Shown here piece after piece: positions 1-9,315 of a DNA stretch of 64,000 bases. This DNA comes from Clostridia bacterium. Lineage in GTDB: Bacteria > Bacillota > Clostridia > Oscillospirales > CAG-272. Below the pieces are notes generated by a model. It saw only the letters and a program-made list of their open reading frames with translations. It was not told where the DNA came from and ran no database searches. Location of the stretch: NCBI GenBank assembly GCA_017447775.1, contig JAFSMU010000014.1, positions 5,718-69,717 of the forward strand. The letters are read 5' to 3'. The position numbers and the translations under genes were made by a program. Numbering within the stretch: the first letter of the stretch is position 1; each line of letters starts with the position of its first letter.

Positions 1-822
1 TTTGCCGAGGGGGTATTCCGAAAGGAGCTTTCTTTCGACAGCCATTTTGCGAAGCAGCTCGCCGTCAAGGCCGGATTCGTCGAATACCGCGCCCGAAATG
101 TCGGACGCCGCAACGATAACGCACCCCTCTTTTGCAAAATACTTCGACGCAACGCTGCCCACGTTTCCGTTGCCTTGAACGGCAACCTTTTTGCCTTTTA
201 TCTCAACACCGAAGTTTGAAAGCATAGTCTTTGCGGCGATTACAACGCCGAGTCCCGTCGCTTCCTCGCGCCCGAGGCTGCCGCCGATCGAGATCGGCTT
301 GCCCGTAACGACGGCGGGGGTAAATGAATGGTTCAGCTTTGAATACTCGTCGCAGAACCAGCCCATGATCTTTCCGTTTGTGTTTACGTCCGGGGCGGGA
401 ATGTCGGTGTACGGCCCGACGACGGGATATATCGCGTCGGCGTATGCCCTTGTAAGCCTTTCAAGCTCGCCCTCGCTCAGCTTTGACGGATCGACTTTGA
501 TGCCGCCCTTGCCGCCGCCGTATGGAATATCGGCAACGGCGCATTTTATGCTCATCCACGCGGACAAAGCGCGCACCTCGTTAATGTCCGCTTTCTCGTG
601 ATATCTTATGCCGCCTTTGTACGGGCCGCGGGCGGAATTGTGCTGAACTCTGTATCCCTCAAACGTCTTGACGCTTCCGTCATCCATGCGAACGCGAAGA
701 GATACCTCAACTTGTCTTTCGGGGTATGCAACGCGATCTCTTTCATCCTTGCCAAGCCCGAGATAATCGGCGGCTTTGTTGAACGTAGTCAGAAAATTTT
801 CAAATGGATCGTAAACTTTCAT
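1..822 (-). CDS. gdhA: Glutamate dehydrogenase (Glu/Leu/Phe/Val dehydrogenase family), N-terminal 274 codons; 3' end lies beyond the window start
   Basis: Absent from the ORF track because there is no stop in the window. My translation from ATG 822..820 (minus strand): MKVYDPFENFLTTFNKAADYLGLGKDE...VQHNSARGPYKGGIRYH...KCAVADIPYGGGKGGIKVDP...KKVAVQGNGNVGS. It shows the catalytic Lys box and a Rossmann glycine motif. Confidence 0.85.
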   Translation of the reverse strand, partial: MKVYDPFENFLTTFNKAADYLGLGKDERDRVAYPERQVEVSLRVRMDDGSVKTFEGYRVQHNSARGPYKGGIRYHEKADINEVRALSAWMSIKCAVADIPYGGGKGGIKVDPSKLSEGELERLTRAYADAIYPVVGPYTDIPAPDVNTNGKIMGWFCDEYSKLNHSFTPAVVTGKPISIGGSLGREEATGLGVVIAAKTMLSNFGVEIKGKKVAVQGNGNVGSVASKYFAKEGCVIVAASDISGAVFDESGLDGELLRKMAVERKLLSEYPLGK

Positions 823-868
823 AATGATCTCCATCTATATATTTTTTGGCAATTACATGTCAGTTGTA

Positions 869-897
869 ATTATACAACACTTGATTTTTTTTTGCAA
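869..897 (-). promoter_or_regulatory. Sigma-A-type promoter candidate for gdh
   Basis: On the minus strand: TTGCAA (897..892), a 17-nt spacer, then TATAAT (874..869), about 45 nt upstream of the ATG. Confidence 0.45.
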
Positions 898-1008
898 TAG
901 ATAAAATAAAATTATCGATAATATTATATTCCGATCCCGCAGAACGTGATATTATGCATTAAAATTTTGCAAAATGCGCCGTTTTTTGATAAAATTTGTC
1001 GTTTTTTC

Positions 1009-1037
1009 TTGCAATATAACAAAATTTTCGCTATAAT
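1009..1037 (+). promoter_or_regulatory. Sigma-A-type promoter candidate for the pilin-like gene
   Basis: TTGCAA (1009..1014), a 17-nt spacer, then TATAAT (1032..1037), 32 nt upstream of ATG 1070. Confidence 0.45.
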
Positions 1038-1069
1038 TTAACAAAAACACAATTTGATAAGAGAACATT

Positions 1070-2851
1070 ATGAAAAAAAGGCTTTACGGTTTTACGATAA
1101 CGGAGCTCGTTATCGTTATAGCGGTCGTCGCCGTAATGGCAGCTGTGCTCGTGCCGATTTTTTCTGATATTGTCGGCAAAGCGAACGGTCTCGGCGACGC
1201 GGTATCGGCAAGAGAAGCGAACATCAACGCGATCATTGACGGAAGCGAAACTCAAACGTCGACTTCTGCATCGGAGGGAACGACGTCCGCCGCGGCGGAA
1301 GAGCCGCAGCTGACCGACATTTTGCTGATGTCAAGCGAAACGCTTACAACGCCGAATGTAACATACAAACTCATCACAAACGAGGCGCTTGAAGAGGTAA
1401 CGCTCGAGCTTGCCGAAACGTCGATATACCGCCTTGTTATCGACGCGCCGAACGTGCAGAAAATATACATAAAATATGAAGAAGGGGCGAGCGGCGAGGC
1501 GCAGCTCGGGTATGTCGATATATTGCACACGGCGCCATCGTCAACGCATATACACACGACCGTTCTGCAACTTAACGTCGCCGACGGCAAAGCTGTCGTT
1601 GAAAGCGACGCGGACGTAAGAGCCGTTGACATATCCCCGTCTGAAAACGCGACGGCGACCGTTGAGCTTTATTCCGGCACAAATGAAATATCGGCAAATT
1701 ATAAATACCACGCAGGCAGTTCCGGCGATCATATAACCCTCATAGATCATACGGGAGCTTGCAACGTTACCGTATGCGCTGACGACGAGGCCGTCGAAAA
1801 CGGCACGACGACAACCATAACGCTTAAATCGACGACGTCAACGCCTGTCGCGATCTCCGTTTCCGCAGATGACGAATCGGCGGAGTCATTCTTCGAGAGC
1901 GCGCAGATAACCGTCAAAGTCACGGTTAACGAAGAGGAACAAACGTCGGTCATTACGGCGATAACCCCGTCTGTATCGGCGGTAACGCTTGACTTTGAAA
2001 CGCTTGAGCTGAATGTCGGCGGCAGTTCGACGCTTACTGCCGGGCTTCTTCCGGGCGGCGCGTCCGGCGATATAGAGTGGGACACCTCTGATTCATCCGT
2101 GGCAACGGTATCAAACGGGACGGTTACGGCTGTCGGTCTCGGCCGTGCGACGATAACGGCGACGGTGCAGGGCGTCAGCGCAGAATGTACGGTACACGTC
2201 GGCGCGGCAAGCGTCGGCGACACATATTACGCGACGTTCGATGAAGCAAAAAGCGCTGCCGTCGCGGAAGACACTTTGGTGTTGCATAAAAATTTAAGCA
2301 TTTCAAGCAAGCTGACCTTTGGGAAAACGTTAACGCTCGACCTGAACGGGAAAACGATCACCGCCGCGGCAACAATAGTAATAAATAGCACCGGCGGCAA
2401 CACATTAACGATTACGGACAGCAGCGACGACAATTCGGGCACAATAATTTCATCAGTTCATGCGATAGATATAACAACAAAGTGCGCTCTTGTCGTAAAC
2501 GGCGGTTCGATACGATCAACGTCGACATACGGGATAAGAAACAATAATGGCGGCACGTTTACCATAAGCGGCGGCTATGTTTACGGCGCGCAGAGCGCAA
2601 TATGGCACAGCGGCAGCAGATCATACATTAACGGCGGAACGATTGACGGCGGCGATAAAGGAATTGACGCAACGTCAAATCTGACAATTACAGGCGGGAC
2701 AATATCATCAAGCGGAACAGCTATAGAAACGATAGGCTCGCTTGATATTTCCGGCGAGGCGGAAATAATCGGAAGCCCGGCAATAAAGGTCAAAAAGGGG
2801 AAGCTGACTCAAAGCGGCGGAACCATAACCGGCGCGATCAAAGAAACATAA
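1070..2851 (+). CDS. Large surface protein with a prepilin-type N-terminal cleavage/methylation leader, a Big_2-like Ig domain and G-rich beta-helix-like repeats
   Basis: N-terminus MKKRLYG|FTITELVIVIAVVAVMAAVL matches the G/FTxxE class III signal with Glu at +5. LELNVGGSSTLTAGLLPGGASGDIEWDTSDSSVATVSNGTVTAVGLGRATITATVQG looks Big_2-like. The C-terminus has repeated GGxI/GGTI segments. Confidence 0.75.
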   Translation: MKKRLYGFTITELVIVIAVVAVMAAVLVPIFSDIVGKANGLGDAVSAREANINAIIDGSETQTSTSASEGTTSAAAEEPQLTDILLMSSETLTTPNVTYKLITNEALEEVTLELAETSIYRLVIDAPNVQKIYIKYEEGASGEAQLGYVDILHTAPSSTHIHTTVLQLNVADGKAVVESDADVRAVDISPSENATATVELYSGTNEISANYKYHAGSSGDHITLIDHTGACNVTVCADDEAVENGTTTTITLKSTTSTPVAISVSADDESAESFFESAQITVKVTVNEEEQTSVITAITPSVSAVTLDFETLELNVGGSSTLTAGLLPGGASGDIEWDTSDSSVATVSNGTVTAVGLGRATITATVQGVSAECTVHVGAASVGDTYYATFDEAKSAAVAEDTLVLHKNLSISSKLTFGKTLTLDLNGKTITAAATIVINSTGGNTLTITDSSDDNSGTIISSVHAIDITTKCALVVNGGSIRSTSTYGIRNNNGGTFTISGGYVYGAQSAIWHSGSRSYINGGTIDGGDKGIDATSNLTITGGTISSSGTAIETIGSLDISGEAEIIGSPAIKVKKGKLTQSGGTITGAIKET

Positions 2852-2855
2852 AATA

Positions 2856-2881
2856 AAAACGCCTTTTTCAAGGCGTTTTGA
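2856..2881. terminator. Bidirectional rho-independent terminator between convergent genes
   Basis: AAAACGCC, an 8-nt loop, then GGCGTTTT. An A-run and a T-run flank the stem. Confidence 0.6.
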
Positions 2882-2895
2882 ATATGCAAAACCGT

Positions 2896-3597
2896 TTATA
2901 TCACATAAGCGCAGACTATGCTCTTTTTTGAAACAAACGCCGCTTTGTCAACGACTGTCGGCTCGGTGTCTTCGTTTGACACGTTGTAAAGCTCGACGTT
3001 TTCCCCGCGGACAACGCCGCACACCGTATGAACAAGGCGTTTTACCGATATTTCGCGGTAAGATACGACAAAAATCTTCCCGTCGGCAAGTTTGTCGGCA
3101 AACTCGTCCTTATCCGCCGCCTTTTCATAAGCGACGCCGTGCCCGTCAAAATACTCGCCGAGGCGCTTGGGATCAGTTCCCGCCGCGCCGAAAAGCACCG
3201 GCATACCGTTTATCTCGAACTCCTCAACGGTGTCTTTAAGATTTGCAGCGCGCCCCGAAAGCAGCATTGCGTTATACGCCGCGGCGATCTCGCCTCCGTT
3301 GAACGAAAACGGAAATTTTCCGTACTTTATCCCCGCATATTTATCAAGTCCTTGCCCGAAGACAAGCTCGCCTTTAGCGTCGGCATCGCCGACAACCGTC
3401 CACCCCTCGTCAAGTGAAAATATCTCCTCTATCGACTTGCCGAAAAACATAGCTATCTTCATTGCCGTTTCAACAGTCGGTATGTTTTTGCTCTTCTCTA
3501 TTGCGTAAAGCGCCTGGCGTGATATCCCAGCCGCCTGCGCAAGTTCCTCTTGGGTTACTTTGTTTTGCTTTCTTAATGCAACTATTTTGTTTGTCAT
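2896..3597 (-). CDS. XRE-family HTH transcriptional regulator fused to a ~165-aa C-terminal domain of unknown function
   Basis: The N-terminus MTNKIVALRKQNKVTQEELAQAAGISRQALYAIEKSKNIPTVETAMKIAMFFGKSIEEIF is a typical HTH_3/Cro-C1 domain. I do not recognise the remainder (FSFNGGEIAAAYNAML...HTVCGV...LYNVSN). Confidence 0.8.
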   Translation of the reverse strand: MTNKIVALRKQNKVTQEELAQAAGISRQALYAIEKSKNIPTVETAMKIAMFFGKSIEEIFSLDEGWTVVGDADAKGELVFGQGLDKYAGIKYGKFPFSFNGGEIAAAYNAMLLSGRAANLKDTVEEFEINGMPVLFGAAGTDPKRLGEYFDGHGVAYEKAADKDEFADKLADGKIFVVSYREISVKRLVHTVCGVVRGENVELYNVSNEDTEPTVVDKAAFVSKKSIVCAYVI

Positions 3598-3607
3598 ATT
3601 TCACCGT

Positions 3608-3623
3608 GTAAATTTTAATTTAC
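3608..3623. promoter_or_regulatory. Inverted repeat, candidate autoregulatory operator of the XRE gene
   Basis: GTAAAT-TTTA-ATTTAC (6-4-6), 11 nt upstream of the XRE start codon. Confidence 0.35.
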
Positions 3624-3791
3624 GATTATTATATTCGTTTTTCCGCCATTTGTCAAGCGGATTTTGAAAATGATTTTTTGAAAATTTTTTGTTTTTGTGT
3701 TTCTTTTCAGTTTAGATATCCGTTATATAATTAGAATGTATTGACAAAAATCGGCGTTTGCAACCGCAAAAGCCGAAGAAACGAGGGAAAA

Positions 3792-4688
3792 ATGAGAAAA
3801 GTACAGATCATCACCGATTCGTGTTCCGATCTAACGCCGGAGCTTATGGATCGTTATCACATCGATTACGCAAAGATGAACACCGTTTACAACGGCGTCA
3901 CCTCCCCCGCCGACCTTTCCTGGACGGCTGACGACGTGCACAAATTCTATGACATCATCCGCGGCGGCGAGCGCATTACGACAACGCAGGTGCCGCTTGA
4001 CGAGTTCAACCGCGTTTTCCGCAAATATCTTGACGCGGGCTGCGATATCGTTTACGTAGGCTGCTCGCTCAAGCAGTCCGGCTCCGTAAACACCGCCTCG
4101 GTTCTCGCCAAAGACCTTATGAGAGAATACGCAGGCTCAACTATCCACTGCATTGATTCGCTTCGCTCCTGTGTGTGCGAAGGAATGCTTGCCATCGAAG
4201 CTTCAAAATATGCCGAGGGCGGCGCGTCCGCAGACGAGGTTGCGCAGTTTGTTTCCGAAAAGCGCAATAAAACTCGTCAGTTCTGCACCGTACACACGCT
4301 TGATTATCTCAAACGCGCCGGCAGAGTTAAAGGTTCCGCGGCGTTTTTCGGAAATCTGCTCGGTGTAAAGCCGATACTCGTGGCTGACGCAGACGGCGAA
4401 CAGGCCGCGTTCAAGAAAGTAAAAGGACGCGTTCCGTCGTTTAACGAGATCGTTTCCCTCTTGAAAGAACACATCGTCGACGGCGAAAACCAAACGGTAT
4501 ATCTTGCCCACGCCGACTGCAAACCCGAAGAGGTTGAAATGCTCAAAGACCTCATAAAGCGCGAGGTTCCGTGCAAAGACATTTACGTATGCTACATCGG
4601 GCCGATCATCGGAGCGTCCGTCGGGCCGGATGCTATCGCCGTATTCGCTTTCGGCGACGAGCAGACGTTCAGAGTTAACGAAAAATAA
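3792..4688 (+). CDS. DegV family fatty-acid-binding protein
   Basis: MRKVQIITDSCSDLTPELMDRYHIDY... is a typical DegV N-terminus. I moved the start to ATG 3792, which follows the RBS GAGGGAAAA. Confidence 0.85.
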   Translation: MRKVQIITDSCSDLTPELMDRYHIDYAKMNTVYNGVTSPADLSWTADDVHKFYDIIRGGERITTTQVPLDEFNRVFRKYLDAGCDIVYVGCSLKQSGSVNTASVLAKDLMREYAGSTIHCIDSLRSCVCEGMLAIEASKYAEGGASADEVAQFVSEKRNKTRQFCTVHTLDYLKRAGRVKGSAAFFGNLLGVKPILVADADGEQAAFKKVKGRVPSFNEIVSLLKEHIVDGENQTVYLAHADCKPEEVEMLKDLIKREVPCKDIYVCYIGPIIGASVGPDAIAVFAFGDEQTFRVNEK

Positions 4689-4708
4689 AGGGCGGCGCAC
4701 ACCGCAAT

Positions 4709-4745
4709 AAAAAACCGGGACTTTTTTAGTCCCGGCTTTTATTTT
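4709..4745. terminator. Bidirectional rho-independent terminator
   Basis: AAAAAA-CCGGGAC-TTTTTTA-GTCCCGG-CTTTTATTTTTT, between convergent degV and the prsA-like gene. Confidence 0.65.
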
Positions 4746-5990
4746 TTAAGATTTTGCCTTTTCGTACTGCTCGTAATACGAGTATTTTATTTCTATCTCG
4801 TAATCGGCTTCAAGATCTGCAATGAACTCGTCAACGGCAACACCGCCGCCGCTTGCCCAGCGATCCGCATATATGATGTTGTATATCTCGTTGTAAACTT
4901 CCTCGTTCTTGAACGGATCGATGAACGCCGCGTCATCGGTGATTTCGACAAGCTTAACTATCTGATAGCCCATTATGGCCTTGATAGGCTCGGAGTTCGT
5001 CTGTCCGATTTCAAGCGTCGGCATCGTGTGCTTGATGGTCGCCTCGTTTATAAGGTTGCAATAGTCGTACCAAAGCGCCCACTCTTTCTTGTCGCCGTTG
5101 GGATCTGCGTTTTCTACGAAGTTGACTTTGTTCTTTTCCGCAAATTCATCTCTTGTTTTGTTTATATCTTCGATAACGCTTTCAAGATCGGTGAAATGCG
5201 AGCAGTCGGCTTTTGAAACCTTCTCCGTATGAGAGTAAGCTTTTGCTATTTTTTCGCTTGTGCTGTTTTTGATGGCGTCTTCCTTTACAGCGTCAAAGCT
5301 TTCGCCGGCATTTATGCGTTTGATATAGCTCTCAGCCTTGGCTTTGGCTCTCGCCCACTCGTCGGCGTCTGCCATTTTCGTTTCGTCAACCGTCACAAGG
5401 ATAATGTCAAACACGTAGGAAGGAACGTCGAGATAATCAACGGCGTGAAGCTCCCAGTATTCCTTTATCATTTCATCCGTAACGCCGTAGTTGCCCATTA
5501 CGTACTTTTCGGTCTGCGCGGAAACAAGCTCATACTCGGCATAGGAATTGATAAAATCGTCTGATACGTGGTAAACGCTCTTCCAGAAATCATAGCCGCC
5601 AACTCCGGCTTTTACGCCTTTGTATTCTTCTTCAAAAGTAGCCTTTAACTCTTTTGCATATTCTTTTATGCCCTTTTCGGTGAGTTTAAGTATGCCTTTG
5701 TCTTCAAGCAGCTTTCTGAAAGCCTTCATCTGAACGTAGAACTTCGTCGTCTGGTCGTTGCGTGCGTTAAGCGCCGCGTTCATATCGCTTTGAGAAAGGA
5801 TATCGTCTATATTCTCATAGAAGAAATAGCTTTGCCATTCAAGCAGTTCACTGCTGTAAACCTCGCCGCCTTTGTACGTTGCAAGAAGTGTTCCGCCGCG
5901 CTTTTTGCCGCAGGACGCAAGTCCGAGGCACATCGTCAAAGCGAGCGCGAATACAATTATGGCGCACGATATTTTTTTGATAGTTTTCAT
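4746..5990 (-). CDS. Lipoprotein, PrsA/SurA-like foldase (parvulin-type PPIase-like)
   Basis: Signal peptide plus lipobox (LGLASC|GKK). Also ATYKGGEV..., a parvulin-like FDIILVTV and a GYQIVKLVE pattern. The domain call is from motif recollection only. Confidence 0.6.
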   Translation of the reverse strand: MKTIKKISCAIIVFALALTMCLGLASCGKKRGGTLLATYKGGEVYSSELLEWQSYFFYENIDDILSQSDMNAALNARNDQTTKFYVQMKAFRKLLEDKGILKLTEKGIKEYAKELKATFEEEYKGVKAGVGGYDFWKSVYHVSDDFINSYAEYELVSAQTEKYVMGNYGVTDEMIKEYWELHAVDYLDVPSYVFDIILVTVDETKMADADEWARAKAKAESYIKRINAGESFDAVKEDAIKNSTSEKIAKAYSHTEKVSKADCSHFTDLESVIEDINKTRDEFAEKNKVNFVENADPNGDKKEWALWYDYCNLINEATIKHTMPTLEIGQTNSEPIKAIMGYQIVKLVEITDDAAFIDPFKNEEVYNEIYNIIYADRWASGGGVAVDEFIADLEADYEIEIKYSYYEQYEKAKS

Positions 5991-6017
5991 GATAACTCGC
6001 GCTTAGCGCGTCCTTTC

Positions 6018-6404
6018 TTATTCGTCGTCGCTGAGCTCGCAGGAAAATTCCTCGCCGCAACTTGGGCATTTGATCTTGTCAAAGTCCATGTCGTCGTCAA
6101 GGCAAACTTCCTCGCCGCAATTCGGGCATTCAACGGAAATTACGCCGTCGTCATCGTCGTCGTAATCGTCATCATCGTCAACGTCGCCGTAAACTTCGTC
6201 TTCGAGAACGCCGAGATCGTCGTCAAGCTCGTCGCAGTAGCCCTCGAGGTCCTCGATGCGTTTTTCGTTGTCCGAAACGGTCAGCGCGATATCGTCAAGC
6301 GCTTCAACAACGGCCTTGAGTACCTTTGTTTCGGGCTTGGAATCGTCGAGTGCCAGACCTTCGAGAAGGCCCTTTATATATGCAACTTTTTCTGTGATAG
6401 TCAT
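6018..6404 (-). CDS. Highly acidic zinc-ribbon protein (CD1247 N-terminal-domain-like)
   Basis: 128 aa with long D/E runs (DVDDDDDYDDDDDG) and two CxxC pairs (CPNCGEEV, CPSCGEEF). It lies 23 nt downstream of efp on the same strand. Confidence 0.7.
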   Translation of the reverse strand: MTITEKVAYIKGLLEGLALDDSKPETKVLKAVVEALDDIALTVSDNEKRIEDLEGYCDELDDDLGVLEDEVYGDVDDDDDYDDDDDGVISVECPNCGEEVCLDDDMDFDKIKCPSCGEEFSCELSDDE

Positions 6405-6427
6405 AGTTTTGTCCTCTTTATATCAAA

Positions 6428-6985
6428 TTATGCTTTGCCGAGATATTCGCCTGTTCTGGTGTCTATCTTGATCTTCATACCGTTGTCGATGAACAGCGGA
6501 ACTTTGATCTCGGCGCCCGTTTCAACCGTTGCCGGTTTTGTTGTGCCCTGAGCTGTGTTGCCTCTTACGCCCGGTTCCGTGTGAGTTACTTCAAGCTCGA
6601 CGAATGTCGGCGGCTCAACGGAGAATACGTTTCCCTTGTAGGAAACAAGGCGGCACATCATCTCTTCCTTGACAAACTTGAAGTTGTCGGGAAGGTTTTC
6701 TTTGGATACGGGTGTCATATCGTAAGATTCCATATCCATGAAGTAGTAGAGGTCGCCGTCATTGTAGCTGTACTGCATATCACGGCGCTCGATGATAGCG
6801 TCCTGGAATTTGTCTGTGGGGCTGAATGTCGTTTCTGTAACGGCGCCCGTGATAACGTTGCGGAGCTTTGTGCGAACAAAAGCCGCGCCCTTGCCGGGTT
6901 TAACGTGCTGGAATTCAATTACCTGCATTACGTTGCCGTCCATTTCAAAGGTGATACCGTTCTTAAAATCGCCTGCGATTACCAT
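6428..6985 (-). CDS. efp: Elongation factor P
   Basis: [47 protein letters not shown]... is a canonical EF-P, 185 aa. Confidence 0.95.
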   Translation of the reverse strand: MVIAGDFKNGITFEMDGNVMQVIEFQHVKPGKGAAFVRTKLRNVITGAVTETTFSPTDKFQDAIIERRDMQYSYNDGDLYYFMDMESYDMTPVSKENLPDNFKFVKEEMMCRLVSYKGNVFSVEPPTFVELEVTHTEPGVRGNTAQGTTKPATVETGAEIKVPLFIDNGMKIKIDTRTGEYLGKA

Positions 6986-7028
6986 AAAATTATTCCTCCA
7001 AAGAATAAATAAAATTTTTTCATCCTAC

Positions 7029-7057
7029 ATTTTACTATATAAATTGCAAAATATCAA
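7029..7057 (-). promoter_or_regulatory. Sigma-A-type promoter candidate for efp
   Basis: On the minus strand: TTGATA (7057..7052), a 17-nt spacer, then TAAAAT (7034..7029). Confidence 0.45.
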
Positions 7058-7084
7058 GTGTTTTTTGACATTTTATGTTAAATA

Positions 7085-8143
7085 TCATATTTCAATAAGC
7101 TCTTTCGGGCTCTTTGTGATGACTTCAACGCCGTTTTCACCGACGTAGATCATATCCTCGATGCGCGCGCCGAACTTTCCTTTGACGTAAATGCCCGGCT
7201 CGACCGTTACGACGTGACCGACGGAAAGGATCGTCTTGCAAGCCGGAGAGAAGCGCGGCTCTTCGTGGATGTAAAGTCCGACGCCGTGGCCGAGTCCGTG
7301 ACCGAAGCAGCCTTTATAGCCGGCGTTGTCTATGATGTCGCGCGCGACCTTGTCGACGTCAGAGCAAACGACGCCCGCGTGTGCAAACTCCTCTGCGGCA
7401 AGCTGTGCGTGAAGCACGGTGCCGTAAAGATGCTTCATTTCGTCTGTGGCTTTGCCGATGGAGATCGTTCTCGTCATATCGGAGCAGTATCCGCCGTAAA
7501 CGCAGCCGAAGTCCATTGTAAGAAAGCCTTTTTGAAGCTTTTCCGGGCCGGGAACGCCGTGCGGGCGGCTCGAATTTGTGCCGGAAACGGCGATCGTGTC
7601 AAAGCTCGGGCACGTCGCGCCGTATTTTTTCATTCTGTATTCAAGCTCGGCGGCAACGTCGATCTCCGTCATGTCATAGGAAATGACTTTGAGAAAATCC
7701 GCAAGGGCGCGGTCGGTTATTTCTTGCGCCGCTCTGATCTTTGCGATCTCCTCCTCGTCCTTGCAGATGCAAAGGGACGAAATGACGTTTGACATCGGCA
7801 CGAATTTTATGCCCTCATACGTGCTTTCAAGGCGGGAAAGCTCCGATACGGAAACGAGATTTTCCTCAAATCCGATAGTTTTTATCCCCTCGGCGTCAAT
7901 TATTTTTTTGACGTATTCGCTGACTCTGCCCTCGGGCATAACTACCTCTACGCCCTGCGCCTGTTTTTCAGCCGCCTCTATGTAGCGGAAGTCGGCGTAA
8001 AGGACGGCGGAATTTTTCGTTACGAATACGGTGCCGTCTGTCGAGTGGAATTTCGTAAGATAAAGTCTTGTGCGCTCGTCTGTCGTGATGAATGCGTCGA
8101 CGCCGGCGGGAAACGCCGCGCGAAGTTTTTCTGCTCTTGTCAT
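7085..8143 (-). CDS. M24 family Xaa-Pro aminopeptidase/dipeptidase
   Basis: Creatinase-like N-terminus plus metal ligands of the M24B pattern (DFGCVYGGYCSDMTRT, GHGLGHGVGLYIHEEP, VEPGIY). The position upstream of efp matches Bacillus yqhT-efp. Confidence 0.85.
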   Translation of the reverse strand: MTRAEKLRAAFPAGVDAFITTDERTRLYLTKFHSTDGTVFVTKNSAVLYADFRYIEAAEKQAQGVEVVMPEGRVSEYVKKIIDAEGIKTIGFEENLVSVSELSRLESTYEGIKFVPMSNVISSLCICKDEEEIAKIRAAQEITDRALADFLKVISYDMTEIDVAAELEYRMKKYGATCPSFDTIAVSGTNSSRPHGVPGPEKLQKGFLTMDFGCVYGGYCSDMTRTISIGKATDEMKHLYGTVLHAQLAAEEFAHAGVVCSDVDKVARDIIDNAGYKGCFGHGLGHGVGLYIHEEPRFSPACKTILSVGHVVTVEPGIYVKGKFGARIEDMIYVGENGVEVITKSPKELIEI

Positions 8144-8175
8144 TTTTTTATCCTCTTTTCAAATTAAATTCTTGA

Positions 8176-9306
8176 TCAAATTTTCGGCTCCTCGCCTTCA
8201 AGCGCGGCAAGCCCGTATCTGAGTGCCGCCGCCGCGACGCGCCTTTCGTTTTCGTCATCGCTTTTCAGCTTCGGCAAAAGCTCGCGGAAAAACGCCCCGC
8301 GAATGCTTATATCGTTCATCAGCTCCGCCTCGTCGAGCAGCGGGAGAGTGTCGTTTTTCACCTCGAGATAGAACAACCCGAGCGATTCCGCCGTAAGCCT
8401 GTCCGTATCGATCCTCGCCGACGGAGAAACGACGCCGCGAAGGCTGACGCGAAGCATAGTGTCGTCGCCGAGCCCTTCCTGCGAGATCATGGCGCGCATC
8501 TTTTCGATCACGCCCTCCGTCCCCGAAACGCCGGAAACGTCAAGCTTCACCTTTTCAAAGCGGCGGTGCGAAAAACGCTTGAAGCCGAATTTCAGCTCCT
8601 TGCCCATGGCGCTTGATTCCGCCTTTACGACGATAACGCCCTTCTGTCCGCATTCATCAAACGAGCGCCCTTCAAGGCATCCGCTGTACGCATAGTACGT
8701 TGACCCGGCGCGCCTTACCTCGCCGCCCGCGTGGACATGGCCGAGCGCGACGTAATCAAATCCGCTCGACGCGATATCGCTTTCGTTGATCGGGCAATAC
8801 GGGCTGTCTGCGGCGGTCGTGTCCGCGTGGACGCATAAAATATTAAGTTTATTTTTGTCAAGCACGACCTTGCCGAGCCGTAACGGGTTATCCGGCTTGT
8901 TCTGCTCTGTGAACGCCCATCCGTAAACGTCGACGCCGATGTCGTCAAACGAAAACTTGCCGATGTCGTCAGTTGAAAAAATATATACGTTTGACGGGAA
9001 TTCAACTTTTCTGTACGGGCTTTTCGGCGTCAGCGGATCGTGGTTGCCCGGTGAGATGACAAAGCGGCACTCGGGCGCCGACGCAAACTGCGTCGCCATC
9101 ATTTCAAGCGTTTCCTTTGTTGCAAACTCGCTGTCAAAAAGGTCGCCTGCCATAAGTACGATGTCGTATTTTTCGCTTTTTGCATACAGCATCATCGACG
9201 AAAACGTTCCGCGAAGCTCCGCCTTTCTCGCCTGCGCTTTTTTTACGTCGAGCAGGGAAAACGGCGAGTCGAGATGTATGTCTGCCGTGTGGAGAATTTT
9301 TACCAT
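8176..9306 (-). CDS. Metallophosphoesterase, SbcD/YhaO-like DNA repair exonuclease
   Basis: MVKILHTADIHLDSPF, GDLFD and GNHD motifs of calcineurin-like phosphoesterases. Confidence 0.75.
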   Translation of the reverse strand: MVKILHTADIHLDSPFSLLDVKKAQARKAELRGTFSSMMLYAKSEKYDIVLMAGDLFDSEFATKETLEMMATQFASAPECRFVISPGNHDPLTPKSPYRKVEFPSNVYIFSTDDIGKFSFDDIGVDVYGWAFTEQNKPDNPLRLGKVVLDKNKLNILCVHADTTAADSPYCPINESDIASSGFDYVALGHVHAGGEVRRAGSTYYAYSGCLEGRSFDECGQKGVIVVKAESSAMGKELKFGFKRFSHRRFEKVKLDVSGVSGTEGVIEKMRAMISQEGLGDDTMLRVSLRGVVSPSARIDTDRLTAESLGLFYLEVKNDTLPLLDEAELMNDISIRGAFFRELLPKLKSDDENERRVAAAALRYGLAALEGEEPKI

Positions 9307-9315
9307 ATTGTCCTC

